Origin: Eledone cirrhosa | Taxonomy: Eukaryota | Direction of reading: 5' to 3' | Length of the DNA stretch: 64,000 bases | NCBI GenBank assembly: GCA_964016885.1 | Contig: OZ024746.1 | Coordinates: forward strand, 27,652,001-27,716,000 | Shown: positions 23,886 to 39,592 of the stretch, in pieces | Position numbering within the stretch: the first letter of the stretch is position 1 | How the letters are laid out: each line of letters begins with the position of its first letter | Program-made: the position numbers and the translations under genes | The notes under the pieces: model-generated | The model's input: only the letters and a program-made list of their open reading frames with translations | Databases searched by the model: none | Told to the model about the DNA's origin: nothing

Positions 23886-25774
23886 TAAGTTGAACATTAT
23901 TTTTTTATATTAGTTCGAATTATGCACTTCTGTTTTTGTTGTTTATACAACTATTTTTGAAAAACTCGGCACTCTTTTCAAACTGTTTGAATATAGCCGC
24001 CAATAGTGTGTGTGTATGTGTGTGTGTGTGTCTTTGTGAGTGTGTGTGTGTGTGTGAGTGTGTGTGTGTGCCTGTGTCTGTGTATGTGTTTGTTTGTGTC
24101 TCTGTGTGTGTCCGTGTGTTTGTCTGTGTGAGTGTGTCTGTGTGTGTCTGTGTATGTGTGTGTGTGTGTCTGTGTTTGTCTGTGTGAGTGTGTCTGTGTG
24201 TGTGTCTCTGTATGTGTGTTTGACATTTTATTCATTTGATCATTGCGTAATGATGGAATTTGACTACCTTCCTCTTTAGAAGGGCACCTAATGCTGCCAC
24301 AGAGTAAAACTACTACCACCGCTTTAGTAGGGTTAAGTTTGGTCTCTGCTGGTATCTCGAACACATTCCTTTGCTAGAATTTATGACTCAACTCTGTTGA
24401 AAATTCGTTTTGAATTATTTTCAGAAATAACTCGCGGTTTTTGTGAAGCATGTTTTGCTATTATATCAATTGTACATGAGATGTAGCGATGTACTGTTCG
24501 GAGTATTCTTTGTGTTCCCATACAAATCCGTTTATCCACCACATAACGTATTGTGTCCACTCTGATATGCAAATTCGTATTTACATAATACGATATTTAT
24601 AAAATCACTTACAAATTTTATAACTGAACTAAATAAATGAATATTAATTTAATAAACAACATAGCATAGAAAATATTTCTGCAATAGTTTCATTTGAAGC
24701 ATAGTGAAAATAATGTGGAAATGAGGTTCTAAAATATAATGAAATTTATAACTTATAAATGGATGTGTTAGTAACGGATATCATTTATATTATTGTCGAA
24801 ATACGTATTTTGATTGAAGGTGTATTACTGTTCATTATGTTCAGTACTGATACATTCACATGAAATACAGTAAATTGGATGCAGTAGCTAATCATGGTCT
24901 TTACTACGAAATAACGAATTATAAAGCTGTTTCTCATCTCCCCGTGAGAATAAAAAAAATGTGGACTAATCAGGATATAGACCTGAGGTGTGTACTTCGG
25001 TAATTTCTCATATAGTTATAGTATACTCGTAATTCGGGAAAAAATGTCTTCTGTATATTTCATTAACAAATAAAAGTTTTCATATATGTTTCTGCCTTTA
25101 ACCTAGATACCATGTTAGTAATATTATTTTTTTACAATCAAGATCTGAATTTGCTGCTGCTGTTTATATGCAGACATTTTGTAAAATGACTTACTTCATT
25201 AATTCGAAACAATCAGACCTACAGCAAGTTTTTTACTTTTCATTTTCTGCTTTCTTTGACAGAGAGGTATTTATCTGATTTTGTCTTGAAATATTCTCAA
25301 TCCTTTTTTGTATGATATTATATTGATATAGCGTTTTCCAATTACCATATTGCAACTTTTATATACATCAAATTTATATATATATTTATATATATATATC
25401 AAATTTACCTATTTTCTTTTTTTTTGTTTTCTTTCATTCTTTCTGTTTCCTTATCTAGAACGAAGTCGATTCTACACATTTATATATATCAAATTTACCT
25501 ATTTTCTTTTTTAATCTATACAAAAGTATTTCTTTTACATTTCAACAGGATTTGTTTTTTTAATTAATTTTCTAGTTCCCTCTTCCCTCGCAATAACCTG
25601 AGAAAGCAAATATCCTTTCTATAACTTATGCCGTTGATATTGGTGAAGTTTTATCTTCAGTAATGTTTCAAATTAGCCTACATATCTAATGTACATTACA
25701 TATCAAGATCACGCGACGTAGAAATATTTTTTTCTTTTTCGGAATTTCCCAAGAATGTTATTTAAACATTGTTA

Positions 25775-25843
<69 letters not shown>

Positions 25844-25957
25844 TATATATATATTATATATATATGTGTGTGTGTACGTACATATATACATACATACATA
25901 TATATATATATATACATACATACATACATACATACATACATACATACATACATACAT

Positions 25958-26025
<68 letters not shown>

Positions 26026-27207
26026 GCATAAATATTGGTTTTATTAATATTTATTAAATCAGCGTTCATTCTCCATCGCATCTTATCACAATATTATACT
26101 CATGTTAACGTGAGTCATATATATTATAGAGAGCTTTCTTTATATTTTCCTAAATCAATTATACCACAATATTTATGCGCCAGTTATATAGATCTTCTTT
26201 GACCTCCTTCTAAGATGCTTATAATTCTATTTAGATTGGATTTGTTTAATAAGCAAATCACCATTGCAACACAGAAAACCACAGGTAAGATTAATCTATA
26301 TGTGACACATCTTTTACCTATATTCTTATCTTCTTGCTACTTCTTAATGATATATTCCAAAGCAAACGTATTCTTCTCTTGGGGATCTTATTATTTCATT
26401 TCATCATTATATTTGCGCTAGTTTATTTTTTTTTACCGAAAATAGCATTGTTTCTCTCAAAAGAAGTTCCATATAATGTTTGAGTTTTATTCTCATTCAA
26501 TGTCTCCACACAACCAATTCCAAGATGCTCTCCATCCTCCCTCCCTTACTTCCTCAAATACTTTCTATCCATCTCTGTGAGACGATTCCATGAAATATAC
26601 TTTCTTGTATCCTACTGTTATCATTCAAATCGTCTTTGTTACCTGTGACTTATGCTCCATTACATCTCTGCTGTGAACAATTTGATGGAGAAGAGAACGT
26701 TCTTCATAATGCTTTATTAGATTTTTGTTGCGGGTCACGTCGATGTAAATTGAAAAAGTAATTTGTAAATCAAGATAAGTACTTGAAACGCGTAGAGAAT
26801 TGTATTCAGACGTTTTGCATTGTGTGTTTTTCTTTGAAGTCAGCAAGAAATATGCTGGCGAGGCTGGGAATAAATATGGAAAATATATGAAGAAGTAATT
26901 GGTAGTCAATAGTTATAATGCCTATCAAAGACAGTACCCACGTATGTACATTTGTATGTATGTATAGACACACACACACACACATACACACACACAAACA
27001 CAAACGCTCTCTCGCGCTTTCTCTCTCACACACACACACACAGGTATATAGCATGAGATATATTGGTAATTTCTTACAGATTACAAACATTATCCGATGA
27101 CAGTCATTTCTACGAAGGGTAGAATGTTAATCTATTAATATCTGCATATATTGTCAATTACTTTTAATACAATTTAGCCGAGTATTTCTGCAAAATTGTA
27201 TTACTAG

Positions 27208-27305
27208 TAACTGCTTTTTATTGACATAGGAAAGTTGCTTTTTATTGACATAGGAAAACTTCTTTTTATTAACGCAGGAAAACTGCTTTTTATTGACATA
27301 GGAGA
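27208..27305. repeat. ~24-bp tandem repeat, 4 units
   Basis: AACTGCTTTTTATTGACATAGGAA repeated. Confidence 0.85.
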
Positions 27306-27986
27306 CTGATAACGAAGAGAACTTTCAGGTTCTGAAAACCGAGGCTTTCATCTATACATATCTCCACTTGAATGACAGGGAAGAAATTACCTTTTGTAGT
27401 AATGTTGAAAAATAGGGTTTAAGCTGGGCAGCAGAAACAGAGAGATTTATTTGAAATGTGTGTATCAAAGATTAATGAGATGCATGATTCGCACGTTGAT
27501 AAACGATAGGGAATAGAAACACGGCTAGGCTGAAAATATAAAATATTTACAATAATATCTCAAGTATAAATATTATCTCGACTTATGGATTTCGTTTATA
27601 AATTGTAGGAGAAATAAATCATTAGCAAGAAAGTAGAAAATACATTTTGTAGTTTCAAAGAAAAATGAAAGAAATTTATCAATGTCAGTACGGATGCATG
27701 TTATAACATGAATTTTTCGTTTATATATTGGAAAGAGAATTTAGAAATTCTGCTACATAAAAAAGAAGATAATATGAAAGCAAGTTAGATATATGCGTAT
27801 ATGAAGAACTAAAGTAAACATAACATGTTATATACATAAAAATGATATATTACTGTGTGGATATGCAGTGAAGAAAATGCGTATATATTAGAAAGAAAGG
27901 TATACGTACGAATGTAAAATTATATTTATGCACATACACATACGTACAGACAAACGATAACTTACGCAAAGTCACACACACCTTTG

Positions 27987-28034
<48 letters not shown>

Positions 28035-28038
<4 letters not shown>

Positions 28039-28290
28039 GAGATAAGCGGAGCAAGTAAAATTCAAACAATTTCTTAAAATAAACTAAAAAATATAATTTA
28101 AATATTTACCTAATTCATTTGCTTTTACCGACGGTTTCACCTTACAAAAGATTGGAGATCCTAAGGATCTCCAATGGAAATGTTTAAGAAATTGTTTGAA
28201 TTTTACTTGCTCTGCTTATCTCAATTTTATAGTTCTGATATGTCAAATTAATACAATGGAACACCACTGAATCATAGACACCCTATATAT
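28035..28290. mobile_element. Fold-back element next to (TA)n with internal hairpin and hammerhead 3' half
   Basis: Inverted repeats 28035-28078/28182-28226; hairpin ATTGGAGATCCT-a-AGGATCTCCAAT; minus-strand GAAACCGTC at ~28130-28138. Confidence 0.7.
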
Positions 28291-28585
28291 TTCCAGAATA
28301 CTTAGTACCTGTGGGGATATTAATCTCCTTTTATATTTGCTCCGTTATGTTGAGAACAAATCTGTTGTTTTATTTAGCTGCTATTTTTAGTGGCGTGATA
28401 GATAACACGTCTATGTTTACTTCGTGCTTCTACTAAGGGCTGGTTCATGCATAGGTCAAGTTTACGGCCTCATTCGATCCTGTGCTAGCTGGCAGGTGGC
28501 AATATATTTTGCCGTTCTTGGGGCTTCTGTCCTATGAAAGGAAAATGCTCTCTGATGATCCGAACATTTCCATTGGAGATACCTA

Positions 28586-28839
<254 letters not shown>

Positions 28840-28864
28840 GTGGGTATGCGTGCGTATATTTTCT

Positions 28865-29047
28865 CTGGCAGTATCGATAGAGGGTCGGACGCCATGCTTT
28901 GCAGCAGAGAGTTACGCCTCTTTATGGGCTGAGTTCAAATCCCACCGATGTTAACTCTTTGGCTTTCATCCTTACGGGGTCGATAAAATAAAGTACCAGT
29001 AATGCACTGGGTAATTGCTGGCCTTGTGCCAAAAGTAGAAACAATTA
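28865..29047 (+). mobile_element. tRNA-headed SINE (group 1)
   Basis: Near-identical to 5548-5733. Confidence 0.85.
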
Positions 29048-29117
29048 TTATTGCTGGATCTTGGTCCTTTCACATGGAAGAAACGTTGCCGGAAAGTCTG
29101 TTTTGTCTTTAATAACT

Positions 29118-29163
<46 letters not shown>

Positions 29164-29184
29164 CGTGTGTGTGTGTGTTAGCGC

Positions 29185-29308
<124 letters not shown>

Positions 29309-29322
29309 ATGTGTGTGTGTGT

Positions 29323-29366
<44 letters not shown>

Positions 29367-29601
29367 TTGTGAGTGTATGCAGGATATCTTTAGCGTTAAT
29401 TTGCGGCTGACGAGAGAGCCCAGTTTTAGAAACACTACTCTACTATATAGAGGTAGCCGTAACTGGAGTGTGAAACCTAAGTTTCATGCGAAACTAAGTG
29501 CTGTATGTTGAGTGTAAGTACTTTAATACAAACTACATATATATATTTATATATGTATATACATGCATATACATATACATACCCACACACATACACACAC
29601 T

Positions 29602-29635
<34 letters not shown>

Positions 29636-29636
29636 T

Positions 29637-29708
<72 letters not shown>

Positions 29709-31214
29709 GGAAAGAAAATACTAGTTTCCAATATATTCCCTTAATGCTTCATAAAAACACAATACGTATTTCTATAGGCGACATCTTACGTCATTAGATC
29801 ACGACGTAAGGCATCCGGTCAAGTCCTGATGTGTAATTAACAATAAAGATTTAGTAATCCATTTCTGGGTTACGTCTAAATATAAACGTTGAGTTGTTAG
29901 GGAGGTGGTACGTCAAACGATGCTAACGCTGCAATAATTGGCTCCCGTGTGCTACACATTCGACAATGCTATGTGATAACCAAGAAAGAGTGTGCCCGAC
30001 ATCGACATTCATGCAGTGGGCTGTTATTGGACGCTATCAATCACACAGCTAGTCATACAAACAGTCAAAACCATTTGATTGATGTCTTTAACAAGGTATT
30101 GGGGGGCGTCATCCCGGTTGTAATAGATCTACTTAACTCTAGCCGACGGATACAACAAACATTCAGCGTAAAGTGTTATAAAGACAGTAAATTACAAAGA
30201 TTACAAACAGGAAGGTACCAATGATAAACAGTTATAAATGTAAATAGATGAAAAAGGTTATAAAATATATTAAGTCATGGAACGTGAATAATTATAATTA
30301 TAATGCAAGTAATTAGTTAAAAATGCAAATAATTATTCTTTTATAAATAATAAATACAATTATATTTCAAAATGGTCTAGTGTCTTTTGGGCCAGCCCCC
30401 CCCCCCATATATATATATATACACACACATATATGTATATATGTGTGTGCCCATTATTTGGTGTGTATACAGATAGATAGATATGTAGATAGATAAAGAG
30501 AATGAGAGATAAATAGATATGGATATTTGCAATATTACATTTGGTTTAATACAAAAGCACATTAGTGTATGAGGGGGACCCTGGGATAGTTACATGTATC
30601 TCATTTCCATTTAAATCCTACTCCTCTTGAAAACTGACATATATCCCACTCTGTTTCTCTTGTTAATGTGAAACCAATGTCAGTTGTCAAACGCTTTACC
30701 TTCACAGATGTTATTATATTTTTGTGAACCCACGAAAGTATTTCAATTTTCAGTTGACACTAATTAGGTTCATTTAACTTCTTTCCATGCTCTGCTGCAG
30801 GGGGACAATATGTGTAAACATCTCGCGCTGTTCTTCCATTTGTAAATCAGGCTGTTGGCAAAAGTAAAACACGGACATTGTTTACAAACTGGTATAATTT
30901 ACGTTGACGCTCTCTCTCACACAGATAGGTCCACCCTCTCTGCCTCACTCACACAAACTATCCCTCCCCCTCTATCTCTGTTGCTAAGTCTACAGCGTGA
31001 TGTAGTCACCCTTCTGTACATGTCTAGGACACACAGTAATACAACTCCATTAGGAATTGTAGGATTGGCATTGCATTTTATCTCGGAATCATGAAAAGTA
31101 AAGTTCATCTGGCGGTAAAGAGACTTAACTCAACATCGCAAAGCATTTCTTGCCTGTGAGTTGAACTATTCAAGGAATGCATAACAAACCATTCATCCCA
31201 TCCCTTAACGATTT

Positions 31215-31400
31215 CTCATTTAGGGCCAAGTCCAGCACATTCAGTGAAGAGAAAGTTGATTAAATCGACCCATTACTTGACTGGTGCTTCAGTTTATCAA
31301 TCCAAGGAAGGATAAATGTCAAAATTAACGTCGCCAGAATTTGAACCCAGAACGTAAAAAGCCGTAACCGAGTGCCACGTAGCATTTTATCCGATAAGCA
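31215..31400 (-). mobile_element. Diverged group 1 SINE
   Basis: ACTGGTGCTTCAGTTTATC and GAATTTGAACCCAGAACGTAA. Confidence 0.6.
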
Positions 31401-32009
31401 TAAAAGCAAGAATAACAATAACACTGAAAGCCCCAAACAGTAAATCTCCTGAGGATATTTTCATCCTCATTATACCGTCGAGTCATAATAGTTGATAGAT
31501 CCAACATTTTCTTTCTGGCTAATATCCACAAACAATTAATCATACTCAGCCAGCGTTTGATGACCAACTTATCAAAACTAATTTTAATACACTAATAATA
31601 TCTAACAATACAATTGTATACAGCCTTGCCTCATTGCTTATTATTTGTTGCAGACATACTGGTGCCCACACTGCATTCCAGTGTACGAGGTTTTAATTCA
31701 TGCTTATATTAACTTAAATATTATATTTCGTAGAGCAAAGCATAAATCATCAATAATCACAATGTGTCGGATGTCTAAAACGATATTTATTCGTCCCTTT
31801 CAATGGATTTAAAGCGAAGACAAGGACTGACTCATATCGTAAATAGGAGAGAAAGAAAAAAACAAAACAAAAGAAAACACTTATATGTAGAAACAGCTAA
31901 AACACAAGCATACAAACACAGGCATACGTAAATGGTTATATATACACACACACCATCATATATATATATATACACTAAATCCAAATCATTGGATATCGAT
32001 CTAAACTCT

Positions 32010-32081
<72 letters not shown>

Positions 32082-32579
32082 TTAGACACACACATGTATT
32101 AGTGTATATATGTATGTATGTATTTGTGTATGTATATATGTGTATATATTAAGTTTATATATATATTCTTATATATCTATATATATATGTGCGGTCATGC
32201 ATGTATATATGGAAGCACGCACGCACGCACGCACGCACGCATACACATACATACTTACATACCTACATGCATACGATACACAGAACATTCATATAGAAAG
32301 CAACACTCAAAGTCCAATAACACGTATATTAATTGTAAAGATATTTTCTAATACACTGTTATCCACGCATGCGTGAAAGTATTCGGGACATAAAAAACAT
32401 CTGCCAGAAATATTTGTCTAGTCTAATGTATGGTTGGCTGTATAGAAGCTTGTGAGAAGAAATAGTGGGAGAGACCTGATATCTTAATTGTAAGATCATA
32501 GTTGGTACTTACCCACACACAGACACACATAAACAGACATACATACAGACATACATATATATATACAAATACCCTTCTA

Positions 32580-32835
32580 TATCTTCTTCTTCTTCGCCCA
32601 CTTATTCCTGAGAGGGTTTTAGGAGCAGAGCCCTCAAACACTCCTTCCAGTGGGTCCTGCCAGAACCAACCGTTTACGACTGATCTGGCTTGATCCCCAA
32701 GCTAGACCAGTCGAGTTCATGGATGATATCCAACCATCTTGCTCGGGGGTATATCCCTCGGTTTCCTGTCAGTTGGTTTTGCCCGTGAAATCTATCCAGT
32801 GATTCTTTCCCGAGACATTTGGTTCCGTCTCAAGA
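32580..32835 (-). mobile_element. RTE (Expander/Rex3-like) 3' fragment with (GAA)n tail
   Basis: Minus strand reads MSRERI..AKPTDRKPR..RARWLDIIHELDWSSLGIKPDQ..HWKECLRALL. Confidence 0.75.
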
Positions 32836-32926
32836 ACTCATGCACTCGATGTATTCATAACTAATTTATGGTGATAATTCACAGTTCGAGGTTTTTTGCT
32901 TGACAGGAAAAACAGACTTGCTTGTA

Positions 32927-33010
<84 letters not shown>

Positions 33011-36000
33011 GAGCAAGACACTTCATTTCACGTTACTCTAATTCTCTCGGCTGCATCGGCTTTTGCTTATCCCTTGGACAACGCCGGGAAAGAGAATACT
33101 GATATGTAAGAGCGACTGGTGTTCTTCCACAAAGACAACTTACCTGGGCTCTTTGGAGGGGGAACGTACCCCCTCCCCCACACACACACATATATAAGGG
33201 TAATCATTCATGAAGCCTAAGGGACATGAAAAATCACGTGAGATGTAACATATGTAACATTTCTTACAGCTATACGACTACCCTCCACATACACATACTC
33301 TCAGTTCGAGGAAAATGTGGATAGTGTTTTGGAGAATCACCTTTTTTTCTTTTTCATATTAAGGTGTGATATAGTGCTAAAGATATATTCCCCGTGTTAG
33401 TTAATTAGTTATGCTTGGATTCTATTTCATAAACTCCAAACTACGATTTGTGTTGTATGCCAGTGACTCTCGCATCAGGAGATCCGGTTTTTTAGTTAGA
33501 CTGCTGGTTTCAGGTGACTCAGTCCATGGAACAACTATATTTAGCTTTACAGTTCAGAAATTTACAGTAGGCAACTAAATATCTTTGCTGACAAGTTAGA
33601 TCTCAAAAACCAATTCTGGCAGTTTATTGGAGCGGGGGAATATATTTTATTTGTTATAAACATTGACTTCAACATATTTCGATATAGCATTACAACTGTT
33701 TTATTCTGTTTTCCTAAGATACAGAAAAGCTAAAGAGTTCAACAAATCGTACAACTGGTAATTGTATTTTATCTGTATCGAAATGATGGATACGGGGAGA
33801 TCTCCCACCCACTTTGGGGTGGGTGAGAGATGTCTTCTCTTGTGAAAATGGATATAGCTTTCATTATTTAAAATCTCCATATTTTGCCTGATCTCTTCCC
33901 GTTTGGGGGCACTTTCTTTCGTGGTACTCCCCGATTGGGGTTTTAGAGGTTGGCAGGTCTGTAGATAGCAAATTTAACATCGACAATATTTGAACATAGA
34001 ACACAGACAACCAGAAGAAATAACATAAGATATTCTGTCCGACACTCTAACGACTCACTTCTTCTGTACACTATTGTAAATTGTGTGTCTTTCTGACAAT
34101 ACTTCTCTACCACTCTCGTAAACTGTATGTCAATTGTTCTGTTTTTTTTTTCATTAACTCCGCCAGTTGCAGACTTTGAGTCACCCCAAAGATTCGTTGT
34201 ACAGAGGAGGTCACTTCCGGACTCTCGAAGAGTGAACAAAAGGGCATACTAGCAGCGCCAGACTGATGTGACAGCTATGACAATAGTTCTGTACCACTGT
34301 CTTAAATTGTGTGTCTCTTTACCACTGTCGAAAATGTTGTGCCTTTGAGTCAGGTTTTCTGTACCACTTTCGTACGTTTTGTGACTTTGTTTCAATGTTA
34401 GAATATTTAATAAATAGGTTACCTTAACTCATCTAATTAATGCTGCTCAGGAACTCTCCCTTCATCCTTTTAGCTTTGCTGTACTAAAATACCATTAAAG
34501 CAACGATGCACTCACATTCCATTCATCCACACCACCCACTTGGAAAGTCAAACCTCTTCTTCCAACTGTAGAATTCCTTAGAAAGCTGTAGTAGCTAAAT
34601 TATAGCAGAGTCAGCTCTGCATATACTGATCAAAACTAAGGATATCCGGAGATAATCATCGTGTTTACGTCTGCTTATATCTTAGGAAATTTAAATAACA
34701 GTATATGCAGAATTGTCGGATTATATCTTAAGAGGTTTAAATAACTGTATATGCAGAATTTTCAATAAGAACATTTAAAATAAATAGATAATTTAATTAA
34801 AATTGAGTGTTCTGCTTTTAAATTGAATATTCCCTTCCTTGTAACTTTTCTGTCGAGCATTTTTAATAATTATATTGTACACAATTCTGTTAGTTTTCTT
34901 CTTTTCCTAGGTTATATTATAAAATTAGTGGTTTCTTATGAAGTTATGGTGTACTATAAAATATATGTGTAGAATATAAGCTAACTCGGTTTCTATAGAC
35001 AAATATAAACAACTTGTCATCTTTGTCGATACGAATATATCGAATAAAATGAAGACACACAGAGTGCTGGTTTAAAATCTACGTATTTATTCTACAGTTC
35101 ATCATATCAGCATAGCAAATTACTTTAGTAATATAACAATTGAATGAACTGTCTAGAATCCCCTATCTCATGCGAATTTGTCTCTCTCCGATTCACCGAA
35201 TAACATATTAATAGGGGTTTTATAAACATTAAACCTATGTACAACGAGGCCATTCCATTACTGATGTGATCTAAATGTTACTTTTGAATCGAATCCGGCT
35301 AATCCATCTTTTGTCTCCAAAAAAATTGTACAAATGAAACAATTATTTATATTTGTCAACTCATAATATTTTGGCTAAACTTCTATAGTTCTCTTCTCGG
35401 TCATTAGGTCTTGGTCTTGAAACATTTATGTGGCACCTTGTCACTTAACATAGCTTCCGGTCAACCCATGTTTGTGAGTCAAATTGGGTATACGGCAACT
35501 GTTTGGAAGCTCGTCGGATGGACTCTACCTGTAAGTCAAGTGGTCTTGTCATACACTGTGTCATGATGAGTCTCACTAAGAATTATGTTAAGAATTACGC
35601 ATCTGTGGAATGGTCATCAGCATTTTATCTGATGATTGCTCCTTGAAGATGTTTAAAGAGAAGTGATATCATCGATGTACATTCAATACATTGCAGAGAT
35701 TGGGAAGAAATTTTTCAACATTGCTTTTCTTTAACATCTGTGAAACCTTTTGAAAATAAGTCATCTGGCTGTCAACTCAATCATATATATATATTTATAC
35801 CACCATTAATGCTTTATTGTTTTTATAACAATAAATATGTTTTATTGTTTATAGTTACCAATTAAGATAACTCACTTGAGGCGGAAATGGTTACACAGGC
35901 TAGAGGCACTATATTATTGTATAATGTAATCCTGGAAATGGAGTTGAAATTCGCAAATAGAACTAATTTAAAATATATTGATAATCACTTGTTCTAGAAA

Positions 36001-36484
36001 AGAACATATGGAAGGTCAGTTTAAAGAATGCCCTCCTAATTGTGATTTTATAGACTCCTATAACTTACAATTACTGTAGTGTTTAATACGCCATTTTCTA
36101 TAAACACTGCATTGCTGGGAATTATATTAGTGAAGTATACATGTGAGATGATTGCTTGTTTGCCTGTTCTAATGAAGCAATATATAACAATTATCCAGTG
36201 AATATTATACTGTTTTTAAAATTTCATATTTTCGCTGCTATGGCATATACTTGTATATGCAATATAACTCTGTCATATACATATTTATACACAGACATTC
36301 AGAGATATGCACACTTACTAATACTCACACTAAAGCATGCACAAGTAACAACTTAGAGATGTGACAATGTATATGTTAAGATTTATAGTGGAGTCTCGTC
36401 TTTAAGGGTCCCTACCAAACAGTTTCATAAGTGTGACCTTAAGCACGAAGGTCTCATAACAATGGTATAACATAATAGCTATGA

Positions 36485-37067
36485 TGCCGATTCTGCAATG
36501 ATGAGATTGAATCAATGGACCACTTAATCTCAGGATGTAAAAATTTAGCACCAGTAGAGTACAAATCTAGACAGGGTTGGCCAATATTTACACTGGTTAA
36601 TTTGTTGGCATTATAAAATCAAAACTGCTGACTAGTGGTACAATCATCACCCCGAGGCTGTAACTGAAAGAGAAAAAATAACGATTCTTTGGGACTTTCC
36701 TGAACATACTGACAGGACCATTAAAGCTAATAGACCAAATATTATTGTAAAAGACCAACGTAGCAAGGCTTGTTTATTAATTGATATGAGCATCCCATGT
36801 GATCTCAAATCTCGCGGCAAAAGAGTTTTATAAGGTCAGTAAATAAAAAGATTTGCTCATTGAAATTGAAAGAATGTAACACCTCATTGAAATTGAAAAA
36901 ATGTGGCACCTCAAGGCTGTTAAAATACCAGTGGGAGCACTAGCAATGATAAAATAGTATTTGAATAGTATTTGAGAATGATCCCTGGTTTACCATCTCG
37001 GTTAGATGTTCAAAATATTATTTTAACTGGTACTGCGCACGTATTGAGAAGAGCACTATCACTGTGA
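36485..37067 (+). mobile_element. R4/Dong-type non-LTR retrotransposon C-terminus (CCHC knuckle plus restriction-like endonuclease), decayed
   Basis: [94 protein letters not shown]; stops and frameshifts. Confidence 0.88.
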
Positions 37068-37125
37068 GAATGATAACATTGCATGTATGTATAATGTGTG
37101 TGTGTATATGTCTGTATGTGTATGA

Positions 37126-37237
<112 letters not shown>

Positions 37238-37265
37238 GCTAATCAGACTTGAGGTTTTCTCAATG

Positions 37266-37300
<35 letters not shown>

Positions 37301-38090
37301 TTACATATATGTATATATTGAGAGTGAGAGAGATAGCGAATTTTGAGATGTGCCATTAAACACGAAAGTCCTACTCTCCGAGCCACTCATAGAACTTCAC
37401 CTCTATAATATACTACATGTCGCTCTACCGATATATTGAGTTTTGCTTCTCCAATTTCTACAGCCAAATCTACGTCAAAATTTAGTTATTTCTCTGTTAT
37501 TGATTTAGTTCCTTCCAATAATAAATAATGCCACACAACATCACCCCACAGTGGCTATGGTTATTTATTTTATTCTCTAACTTTCCCGCTTTATACAGAA
37601 ATAAAAGTAAAATAAAAATTCCTGATTCCTGCAATTTGAAGCAGCTGATGTTGTTTCCGAGTGATTCTCAACACTATAATTCTCATTTTACACTGACAGT
37701 AATCTTTCTGTAACATATTCCTTACACTAACTTCCATTTACTATACTACACTTGATTTATATTACTTCAGACATTTGATATCGCTCAAACAACTTTCCCT
37801 TCGTGTGCCGAACGATTTCTAAAAATAGGATCCATTTATCTTTCATCAATCTCTGCTCTCGATGAACAAATCTCGTTTTTCCCTACCACCTTCAGACGTC
37901 CGAGGTGACATCTGACGGCCGCATTTCTAAAGAAAATCTGAAAAGATTATTATTCTAGATCTTTAGAAACATGTGTTCCGTTCTAATGAAGATTTGATAA
38001 CCACTATTATACTGGAAAGTGCGGCTAGGGCTGAAGTAAAACATAATTGACAAAAACTTTATTACACATTGTTGTTGTTGTTGATACTAC

Positions 38091-38171
<81 letters not shown>

Positions 38172-38172
<1 letters not shown>

Positions 38173-38447
38173 CTTCTTCTTCTTCTTCTTCTTCTTCTTC
38201 TTCTTCTTCTTCTTCTTCTTCTTCTTCTTCTTCTTCTTCTTTGCCAACTTATTCTTTGCCAACTTATTCCTAGGAGTGTCTTGGGCGAAGAGTACAAAAG
38301 CACAGCTTCCAGTGGGTCTTGTCAGAAGCAAACCTCTCTAATCGATCCGGCTGGATCTTCAGTATGGACCAGCTGAGCTCATGGATGTTATCCAGCCATC
38401 TTACCGGGAGTCTACACCTGGGTCTTAAGTCAGTTGGATTTGCCGGA
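38172..38447 (-). mobile_element. RTE (Expander/Rex3-like) 3' fragment with long (GAA)n tail
   Basis: ANPTDLRPR..VRWLDNIHELSWSILKIQPD..HWKLC; homologous to 32580-32835. Confidence 0.75.
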
Positions 38448-38689
38448 GCTGTGATGTTTTTTTATGGACATATGCTTAGAATGTCTCATGAAAGAATAAG
38501 ATTTTATGGACAAAAACAACGAGATCAAATAGAGACGGTTGCTTTTGACGGTTGGTTTCTCTGCAGAGATTTTCAGCTAGAGAACGTGTCGCAGGTAGAG
38601 GATAGCATATGGCCACCAGACATGATGGATATTTGCGATACAAGCGAGCTCCTACCGGACGAATAAGCAACCCTGGACAAACAGCGGTA

Positions 38690-38893
38690 AACTACTAAGG
38701 GTGATGACGCATTGGGTGACACTGTTAACTTCAAAGAAAACTGACACAGCCCAATGATTGTGTCACACTGAATCTCTCCCAGAACCTCGTTAAGTGAAGA
38801 CGTGTCTGTGGAATGCTCATCCAATTTCACTTACAGTCATTTCCGTAGATTGAATCAACTGGAACATTCGTCATCTGAAACGACGGAGGGCCT
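38690..38893 (+). mobile_element. 3' part of group 2 SINE
   Basis: GAATCTCTCCCAGAACCTCGTTAAG..GTGTCTGTGGAATGCTCA..TCAACTGGAAC, shared with diverged copies at ~20500, ~35550 and ~53600. Confidence 0.6.
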
Positions 38894-38986
38894 CCATATA
38901 TATATATATATGTACATTTGTTTGTATGTATGTATGTATGTATGTATGTATGTATGAATGTATGTATGTATATATGGTAACATGTA

Positions 38987-39592
38987 TCCCAGTACAACCT
39001 GTCTCATGGTCGGGTCGTTGGCGACTAAACTGGCAACCCCACCAAGGTTTCTTGATGAGGAGGGTGACTTTGGACATCCTGCAGGACTAAAAACAAAACC
39101 TGTCAAAGGGCAAAGGAGCTCTTAAGAGTCAATGGCCTTCCAAAATCACCGGGAGAGATGACACCTTAGCCTCTGTCAAGGCATAATTCTAGGAGAAGGA
39201 AAACTCTGATATAACACCTGCAACCCTGATAGTATCCAATGATGTTGACATGTTCTTCTTGTTGGTAAATATCATCTTGGTTAAGAGAGTGGGACTGGCT
39301 TTGTGCAGTGCCTTTGCTCACTATAAAAGCTTCACGGCACAGGCATTGCTTTATATCTGGAGATCTCTCTGCACTTGTCGGCACATGGTATCATGGGCCC
39401 AGCACTGTGTCAATAATTGTCACAAGTGTAGTGTTTGTACCAGAGTTTTCAAGTCGCTGGCTGGACTAAAAAGTCACACTCGTTCAGCGCATCAGTAGGG
39501 GTTCTCCTACATGGACATAAAGTAGTGGCCGTACTCGAAAACGAGTTGGCAGCCACCATGTATGTATGTATGTATGTATATATGTATGTATG

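Noticed and set aside
25194-25217. 24-nt minus-strand micro-exon (AG...GTAAGT)
   Set aside because: Weak polypyrimidine tract and no supporting homology; expected by chance
26050-26850. Possible very old LINE RT remnant on the minus strand
   Set aside because: Only vague motif resemblance; too degenerate to call by eye
29900-31110. Unique, higher-complexity stretch that might hold a promoter or UTR exons
   Set aside because: No convincing ORF or motif set; cannot be supported without transcript data
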